Below are positions 59,501 through 64,000 of a DNA stretch of 64,000 nt, piece after piece. Source of the DNA: Bdellovibrionales bacterium (GTDB lineage: Bacteria > Bdellovibrionota > Bdellovibrionia > Bdellovibrionales > JAUICD01); contig OZ241865.1 of the NCBI GenBank assembly GCA_965203275.1, forward strand, positions 340,581-404,580. Reading direction: 5' to 3'. The notes under the pieces were generated by a model. The model was given only the letters and a program-made list of their open reading frames with translations, was not told the origin of the DNA and searched no databases. A program made the translations under genes and the position numbers. Numbering within the stretch: the first letter of the stretch is position 1; the number at the start of each line of letters is the position of its first letter.

Positions 59501-60251
59501 TTAAATCAGAACCTACAGAAGCTGTCGTAGGGATATTAAAAGTAACAGTTCCAGCTTCTGAAGTGATCACCTGTTGAGATGGTAATGTGACCCTCCACCG
59601 AATAGAAGAAAATAAAAGAGGATCTCGAATAGTGAAAGTTGCTGATTGACCTACATTTACTGCACCGCTTTGTAACTTAATTTCTAAAATATCAGTTTGG
59701 GAACAAGTTTCTCCTATAACAACTATTTTGTTAAATTGACCTAGTAGGTTATTCATGTCCACTGTTTTATATGATTTTGCAAAGATATTATAAATTCCAG
59801 GTTGAACAAAACGGTGTTTATAAGTAGCAGTGCTACTAGTGGCTTTATTCACAATTGTTTCAAAACCTTTCTTGATAGTCCATTGAAAGTAATTAGAGAG
59901 AGGATCTGCGTGAATGACCTGCATATTCACATTGGTATTAATAGGAAAATAATTAACAGGATCTATTTCATTCCCCTGTTCATTGATAAAGACTATACTT
60001 CCTTTATTACTATTAGGAGAAGATCTTATTTCATCATCATCATCTTCTTCATCACTCTGCTCCTTTTGCTGTTGTTGCTGTTGCTGTTGTTGTCGCTGTC
60101 GTTGTGGATTTTCATTATCTGAAGATACAAGAGAATTAGGCTCACAATTTTGAAATAACAAAATACATGTCAAGGTCAATAAAACCATAAAAGCTATGAC
60201 ATGTACCTTTCCATAAAGATGGCTTATAAGTTTATCATTTTGTGTTGACAT
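53583..60251 (-). CDS. giant exported protein (2222 aa): poly-Q/acidic tract, PKD/Ig-like region, then 35 tandem 49-51-aa four-Cys repeats
   Basis: N-terminal anchor VIAFMVLLTLTCILLFQNC, Q11 run plus DEEDDDDE. PKD-like segment (YFQWTIKKG...ATYKHRFVQPGIYNIFAKSY). Repeats have consensus GACNNAVQNGCRTGQANDNAIADTNTHYKWHCVGQHGGTTATNCQKLKPVN. Confidence 0.85.
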   Translation of the reverse strand: MSTQNDKLISHLYGKVHVIAFMVLLTLTCILLFQNCEPNSLVSSDNENPQRQRQQQQQQQQQKEQSDEEDDDDEIRSSPNSNKGSIVFINEQGNEIDPVNYFPINTNVNMQVIHADPLSNYFQWTIKKGFETIVNKATSSTATYKHRFVQPGIYNIFAKSYKTVDMNNLLGQFNKIVVIGETCSQTDILEIKLQSGAVNVGQSATFTIRDPLLFSSIRWRVTLPSQQVITSEAGTVTFNIPTTASVGSDLILEVKANPVESSESQCTVYRQKTLQVTEDTSPYFNPPLILDSDGQNAIMSLESNAIYKHDRLSSQYIAVDIAAADSCSFQKGSQIYPINCVNGRVDMFPTTTTGDDKRRSIEDPKQNFAPLYSISSRECQEFEIEVTAIKGDSSYQQAYYSYCPTDEDICFFGTAEDRPSHHTCQRGSVALNSENEPINGVCHNAVQNGCQKGQANDNAVVDTDTHYRWHCVGQHGGTTATNCQKFKAVHGACNNAVQNGCQKGQSNDNVIADTDTHYRWHCVGQHGGTTATNCQKLKAINGVCNNAVQNGCRAGQANDNALADTRTHYKWHCVGQHGGTTAINCQKIKPINGTCNNAVQNGCRVGQANDNAIADTNTHYRWQCVGQHGGTTAINCQKLKPSNGVCNNAVQNGCRAGQANDNAIADTNTHYRWHCAGLHGGTTAINCQKIKPVNGACNNTVQNGCRVGQADDSAIDDTSTHYRWKCLGQHGGTTAINCQKIKPVHGACNYLTLNCQSGKFVNAGFDRQNPNIKKWSCEGQRGGTTASCQWNTNNGRCDNTQRDRCLSGTAQRKPNANGFHKWDCVGRNGGTTDSNCQFSISEHGQCNNAITNDCQAGKLNDTHDTDTHYKWQCVGRNGQNAENCQKIKPVNGACNNAVQNGCRVGQANDNAIADTNTHYKWHCLGQHGGTTVTNCQKLKPINGACNNAVQNRCQTGLLKDVADSDTHYKWQCVGQHGGRAATDCQKAKPVNGACNNAVRNGCRTGQANSNAIADTNTHYKWHCVGQHGGTNVTTCQKLKPINGACNNAVRNRCQTGLLKDVADSDTHYKWQCIGQHGGTTVTTCQKLKPINGACNNAVQNRCQAGLLKDVADSDTHYKWQCVGQHGGRSATNCQKFKPVNGACNNAVQNGCRTGQANSNAIADSNTHYKWHCVGQHGGTTASNCQKLKPVNGACNNTVQNGCRTGQANSNAIADSSTHYKWQCVGQHGGTTATTCQKLKPINGACNNAVQNGCRTGQANSNAIADTSTDYKWHCVGQHGGTTATNCQKLKPVNGACNNAVQNGCRTGQANDNAIADTRTDYKWHCVGQHGGTTATNCQKSKPVNGACNNNVRNGCQAGQARNIASTDTHYQWQCIGQHGGTTVTTCQKLKPVNGACNNAVQNGCRTGQANDNAIADSNTHYKWHCVGQHGGTTATTCQKLKPVNGACNNAVQNGCRTGQANDNAIADSNTHYKWHCVGQHGGQTVTNCQKLKPVNGACNNAVRNGCQSGSLKDVADSDTHYQWQCVGQHGGRSATNCQKLKPVNGACNNNIRNGCQAGQASSRNIASTDMHYKWQCIGQHGGTATTCQKRKPVNGACNNALQNGCQAGQANDNAIADTDLHYKWHCVGQHGGTTATNCQKRKPVNGACNNAVQNGCRTGQANDNAIADTRTDYKWHCVGQHGGTTATNCQKRKPVNGACNNAVQNRCQTGLLKDVADSDTHYQWQCIGQHGGQTVTNCQKLKPINGACNNAIQNRCQTGLLKDLADSDTHYQWQCVGQHGGTTATNCQKLKPVNGACNNAVRNSCQSGSLKDVADTDLHYKWQCVGQHGGTSATNCQKRKPVNGACHNAVRNSCQSGSLKDAADTDMHYKWQCVGQYGGTTATNCQKRKPVNGACNNAVRNGCRVGQANDNAIADTDLHYKWQCVGQHGGTTVSNCQKLKPVNGACNNAVRNSCRTGQANDNAIADTRTDYKWHCVGQHGGTTATNCQKRKPVNGACNNDVRNGCQAGQANDGAIEDTDMHYKWQCVGQHGGTTATNCQKHKPVNGACNNEVRNGCQSGQANDNAIADTRTDYKWHCVGEHGGTTATNCQKPKTINGVCNTAQKYACSAGRSNPNGHADTDDLFRWTCEGLNGGTNQSCQRNRPINGKCNTKPRGHGCRSGAIQDVTERDEFHRWKCVGQHGGSSVSCRRALICRLHIFRCIIWHDNRPNIPSEMPDGIPRG
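53682..58934 (-). repeat. coding tandem repeat array: about 35 units of 147-153 nt inside the giant gene
   Basis: Runs from the first repeat Gly (aa 440, 58934) to ..SCRR (aa about 2190). Two interleaved subtypes: QNGC(R/Q).GQAN(D/S)NAIAD (51 aa) and QN(R/S)CQ(T/S)G(L/S)LKDVADSD (49 aa). Confidence 0.9.
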
Positions 60252-60678
60252 TCTGCTTCCTATTCTATCTTTAACAAAATTCGCTTTATCATCTATGAAT
60301 ATTTTTTATGTATACTCTAGTCATCGGCAGGAAGTTTTTAAAACTTAAGACCTACTTAAAAAAAAATTATATCTAATGCTTTCCAAAAATAAAGTTGATA
60401 GATTTCAATGATTTACAAAAATAAAAAAAATATGTTACGGCAGTTTGAGTATTTGTGGTGAGGTTTTAGACAGTTCATTAAAATTGCTAAATGCAAAATT
60501 TGCATAAAATAAACAACAAGGTCTTGCTTTATAAATGGCTTTCAATTAAAGTGGCTTTTAAAATAGTTATAAGAGCAGTCAATTTGTATTTTTTAAGCTA
60601 TAAACTATTTTGATGTTTTACATTATTAGATGTTTAATTGGTTTTAACTTTTTAATTAATTAATAAGAGGAGTGTCAT

Positions 60679-61755
60679 GTGAGCCAAGCAAGTAAAAAGT
60701 TAAATTTTGCGGAATACATTTGGTTAGATGGGGCCAGCCCTGTTCAAGAGTTGCGTTCTAAAACCAAAATGTTATTTTATAAGGAAGATCGAGATTTAAG
60801 TTCTTTCCCTGAATGGAGTTTTGATGGTTCTTCAACTTGGCAAGCTTTAGGTAGAAATTCTGATTGTATCTTAAAGCCTGTCTTTTCAGCACCAGATCCA
60901 TTAAGAGATGGAGAACACTATCTTGTTCTTTGTGAAGTTTTAAATGCAGATGGCACCCCACACCCTACAAACAAAAGGGTTGGTTTGTCTGATCTGATAA
61001 AAAAGGTGTCTGATCAAGACCCTTATATTGGTTTTGAGCAAGAGTACACTCTCTTTTCAGGAGAGTTGGAGTCAGAAATGTGGCCAGTGGGTTGGCCTAA
61101 AGGAGGTTATCCTATTCCTCAAGGTCCTTTTTATTGTGGTGTAGGAGCAGGTCGTGTCTATGGGCGTGAAATTGCAGAAGAACATGCTCAAGCGTGTGCC
61201 TTAGCCAACTTAAATATTTATGGTATCAATGCAGAAGTGATGCTTTCTCAATGGGAGTTTCAAGTAGGTTATCGTGGTCGAAAAGACGAACCATCTGATC
61301 CTCTCACAATAGCAGATCACCTTTGGATTGCTCGCTATCTTCTCAAGCGTATTGCTGAAAGTTGTGATGTTTCTGTTTCTTTTTACAATAAACCTATTTT
61401 AGGAGATTGGAATGGAGCAGGTATGCATACAAACTTTTCTACAAAAGCTATGCGAAGCAAAGGTCAAGGTCAGGGAATAGAGGCTATTCATGCAGCTATT
61501 GCCAAATTAGAAGCTCATCATCATGACCATATCAAGAATTATGGTCATAACTTAAAACTGCGTTTGACAGGTCTTCACGAGACTTGCCATATTGATGAGT
61601 TCAAAGCAGGGGTTTCTAATCGAGGAGCTTCTATACGTATTCCTTTGTCAACGCATCAAGCTGGTTGTGGTTATTTTGAAGATAGAAGACCTGGTGCAAA
61701 TGCTGACCCTTATGTCGTTGCAACACAAATTGTCAGTACAGTTTGTGGCAATTAA
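60679..61755 (+). CDS. glnII: glutamine synthetase type II (eukaryote-like GSII)
   Basis: GTG start after AGAGGAG. AEYIWLDG..ELRSKTK, PEWSFDGSST, FEQEYTLF, PQGPFYCGVGA, NAEVMLSQWEFQVG, WNGAGMHTNFST, NRGASIRIP, YFEDRRPGANADPY. Collinear with my recollection of animal/plant GS. Confidence 0.93.
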   Translation: MSQASKKLNFAEYIWLDGASPVQELRSKTKMLFYKEDRDLSSFPEWSFDGSSTWQALGRNSDCILKPVFSAPDPLRDGEHYLVLCEVLNADGTPHPTNKRVGLSDLIKKVSDQDPYIGFEQEYTLFSGELESEMWPVGWPKGGYPIPQGPFYCGVGAGRVYGREIAEEHAQACALANLNIYGINAEVMLSQWEFQVGYRGRKDEPSDPLTIADHLWIARYLLKRIAESCDVSVSFYNKPILGDWNGAGMHTNFSTKAMRSKGQGQGIEAIHAAIAKLEAHHHDHIKNYGHNLKLRLTGLHETCHIDEFKAGVSNRGASIRIPLSTHQAGCGYFEDRRPGANADPYVVATQIVSTVCGN

Positions 61756-61787
61756 TTTTAAGTACAACAGTTTAAATTTTGACAAGT

Positions 61788-61819
61788 GGCCCTTTAAATA
61801 AATATAAGGGTCTTTTTTT
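61788..61819 (+). terminator. rho-independent terminator after the GSII gene
   Basis: GGCCCTT-TAAATAAATAT-AAGGGTC (7-bp stem, one G-T pair) followed by TTTTTTT. Confidence 0.55.
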
Positions 61820-61869
61820 ATATTTTCTCTAATTTTAACTTCTAAAATAACAGGTCATTAAAAAGAAAT

Positions 61870-62028
61870 TTTAAGAATAAAATGATCGTTTCTGTCTTGC
61901 AGTATGGATGGACTTCCATTTATCAACAGATGACATACTGTTTTTATTTTTAACTTTTGTGTCTATTATAGATAAAACTATATACCAAACTATAGATGCT
62001 AAACTTGTTGCAAAAAGTATTTTAAGCA
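61870..62028 (-). CDS. 52-aa small membrane protein (hypothetical)
   Basis: GGAGG about 11 nt upstream. MLKILFATSLASIVWYIVLSIIDTKVKNKN... has one TM segment. Below the ORF-track cut-off and speculative. Confidence 0.3.
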
Positions 62029-62358
62029 TAAATGTAAATACCTCCTTAATTCTGATAACCCTCTATAATATATTATAGCAATTACTATGCCAAATAATAA
62101 TGCACTTATTGGCTATAACAGTGTCTAATCTTTAGACAAGTGTTAATATCTTTTAAACACTTACAACTGTAGCAAATATTTTGACTTAAAAGAGAGCCGC
62201 TCATCTCTCAAGTATTAAAATATTTTACCTTCAGTGTTTGTTGTATATTATTCATACAATAAGGCTATAGACTTTTGTAGAGAATTATCTTCTGCCCTTC
62301 AAAAAATCTTTATGCAAAAGCTATACTAAAGTATGAATTTACATTAAAGAGGTGTCCC

Positions 62359-62781
62359 TTGTTTAAAACTCTACATATTTGTCTTGAAGTCTATGGTTGT
62401 TGCACCTTAGAAATAGATAATGTTTTTAGTTCCCTCTACGACCATATCAAACCTTGGACTCTTATTCCTAGTCCACCTCACAAAACCAATCTTTTAATTG
62501 TATCAGGTTGGCTTGCTCCACAACTTCAAACACATATTAAATTAGTTTATGAAAAACTTCTCACAGATAAAAAAGTTATTGCTATAGGTGTTTGCTCTCT
62601 TTCAGGTGTTGTTTATCAAACAAAACAGCAAACAAATGTATCAGTGGATCAAATTTTACCTGTATCTGTTTTTGTTCCTGGTTGTCCTCCTTCGCCAGAG
62701 CAAATTATATCAGGAATCAAGCTCGCTTTAGATACTAAAATACCCAGCAAAAGTAAGGATAACTTTTTAAATGTTTACTGA
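62359..62781 (+). CDS. NuoB / group-4 hydrogenase small-subunit-like Fe-S protein (short form)
   Basis: TTG start 6 nt after GAGG. All four N2-type ligands are present: GCCTLE, IGVCSLSG, VPGCPP. IVSGW motif. Only 140 aa, shorter at the N-terminus than typical NuoB. Confidence 0.7.
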   Translation: MFKTLHICLEVYGCCTLEIDNVFSSLYDHIKPWTLIPSPPHKTNLLIVSGWLAPQLQTHIKLVYEKLLTDKKVIAIGVCSLSGVVYQTKQQTNVSVDQILPVSVFVPGCPPSPEQIISGIKLALDTKIPSKSKDNFLNVY

Positions 62782-64000
62782 CGTTCACCCAAAGACTTCT
62801 TTAAACTTCTTTAAAAAGTCTGAATTACAGACTTCAGAAATTTCATATATTCAAGAGGATGATTTTTGGAATATATTTGTAAAGCTTAAAGAAATGAGAC
62901 TTTGTCATCCGTTGATTCTTCTTAAAGTTCCTCAAGGTGTTTTTCTCTGTTTAAAACTTTTAAGGCCTTTTTTAGAATATCATTTTTTAGTTCAAACTTC
63001 AGAAAAGCACACTTTTTGTAAGAAACTGCAATCTTTTTTTGTTAAAGAAAATTCTTTTATAAAAAATCACTTCAATTTAAATATACAACATATCCAACAG
63101 GAAGCTCTTTTAAACAAAATGCAAACATTACCTCCTAACATGAGCCTTCACTGGTCTAGCAAAATAGATCCTTTTGAAGGAGTTGCTCTCAGTTGGGCTT
63201 TGGCCGGTGTTTATGAAAATGCTTGGCAAATTGTTCCTCCTTTTAAAGCGATCCTCTTGCGTACTTTTGCTTGTGAACTGCAAAGAGTTTTATGGGGACT
63301 GCAATATTTAAAAGGTATTTGTCAACAACTTCAGTGGGATTTTTGGAAAGATCTGTGGTTAGATTACAGAGAATGTTTTTTTCAAATACAAGAGCTGGCT
63401 TTTCATCATCGTATTTTTCCTCATTTTATTGTCATAGGAGGGGTCCATCAAGAGATCAATCAAGGCCATCAAAGACTTATTGAAAAATATCTTTTAGAAA
63501 TCACTCCATCTCTGTCTGATCACATCCGTCAGTTTGTAGAAAAAACAAAATACCCATTAAAAGATTTTCTTCCTCTGGATAGAGATGAATTAGAAAAGGC
63601 GACATGGGGAGGAATGGTGGCTAAAGCATCACAAAGTTTTTGGGATGCTCGTCTTTTTGCTTCTTATGGATTAGAAAAGTATGCCCCTCTTTTACTTCCA
63701 TCAAATAAACCTCCATTAGGCGACGCATTCGATCGTTTGCAATGTGTAGCAGACAATATCTTGTATTCTTTAAGACATCTTACAGTATTGCTTTTTGACT
63801 TATCAAAACAAAGCAACGCACCTCTTGCTATAGCCATCTGTCAAGAACAAATGAAAGATCCTAAGGGATGTGTTTTTGTTGTAGAAGGATCGAGTGGTCC
63901 TATTTATGCATCAGTATTTAATTGGCAAATAGATATTTCAACATCAAGGACGAGAGGTTATAAGTATTTACCTCATTTCTTATCAAAAATAGCAGATAAA
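62771..64000 (+). CDS. divergent NuoC/NuoD-like (hydrogenase large-subunit-like) protein; 3' end beyond the window
   Basis: Absent from the track because it is open at the window end. The ATG at 62771 overlaps the upstream stop. My translation gives ...RTFACELQRVLWGLQYL, IGGVHQEI, GGMVAKASQSFWDARLF, GDAFDRLQCVADNILYSL, VVEGSSGPIYASV, which resemble NuoD blocks. The first 90 aa or so could be NuoC-like. Very diverged. Confidence 0.55.
   Translation, partial: MFTDVHPKTSLNFFKKSELQTSEISYIQEDDFWNIFVKLKEMRLCHPLILLKVPQGVFLCLKLLRPFLEYHFLVQTSEKHTFCKKLQSFFVKENSFIKNHFNLNIQHIQQEALLNKMQTLPPNMSLHWSSKIDPFEGVALSWALAGVYENAWQIVPPFKAILLRTFACELQRVLWGLQYLKGICQQLQWDFWKDLWLDYRECFFQIQELAFHHRIFPHFIVIGGVHQEINQGHQRLIEKYLLEITPSLSDHIRQFVEKTKYPLKDFLPLDRDELEKATWGGMVAKASQSFWDARLFASYGLEKYAPLLLPSNKPPLGDAFDRLQCVADNILYSLRHLTVLLFDLSKQSNAPLAIAICQEQMKDPKGCVFVVEGSSGPIYASVFNWQIDISTSRTRGYKYLPHFLSKIADK

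Overview
AT-rich (about one-third GC by eye) chromosomal segment of a Gram-negative bacterium. Housekeeping genes present: glyA, cca, mdh, tgt, FKBP PPIase, IHF-like, ETF-QO, TatA/B-TatC, topA, tail-specific protease, ftsL, eukaryote-type glutamine synthetase II, and a NuoB/NuoCD-like pair at the right edge. Accessory content between them: three type IVa pilin paralogues at two loci, an orphan mglA, five ankyrin-repeat proteins, a serine-recombinase remnant, an Rpn-type PD-(D/E)XK gene, an IS256-family IS with an intact 8-bp target duplication, and a 2222-aa protein with 35 tandem four-Cys repeats. The best candidate for a new system is a compact six-gene type I CRISPR-Cas locus on the minus strand (29.1-36.3 kb): Cas6e-like, Cas7, enlarged Cas5-like, HD-Cas3, Cas1, Cas2, then a 13-repeat array of 28-nt repeats. 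Its parts look I-E-like, but there is no recognisable Cas8, Cas11 or Cas4, the gene order is non-canonical, two spacers are each present three times in tandem, and the distal end is invaded by intergenic repeats. About one eighth of the window (eleven intergenic blocks) is a modular family of long palindromic repeats. Their stems co-vary between copies, and they are mixed with CCGGGATC-type GC-rich islets and sometimes amplified into 193-bp or 215-bp tandem arrays. Most short ORFs in the supplied track fall in these repeats, in the CRISPR array, or antisense to real genes, and I treat them as spurious. MglA without MglB, T4 pilins and an FHA-sigma54 activator suggest a Bdellovibrionota/Oligoflexia-like organism, but this cannot be verified here. 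All homology statements rest on motif recognition by eye; no searches were run.
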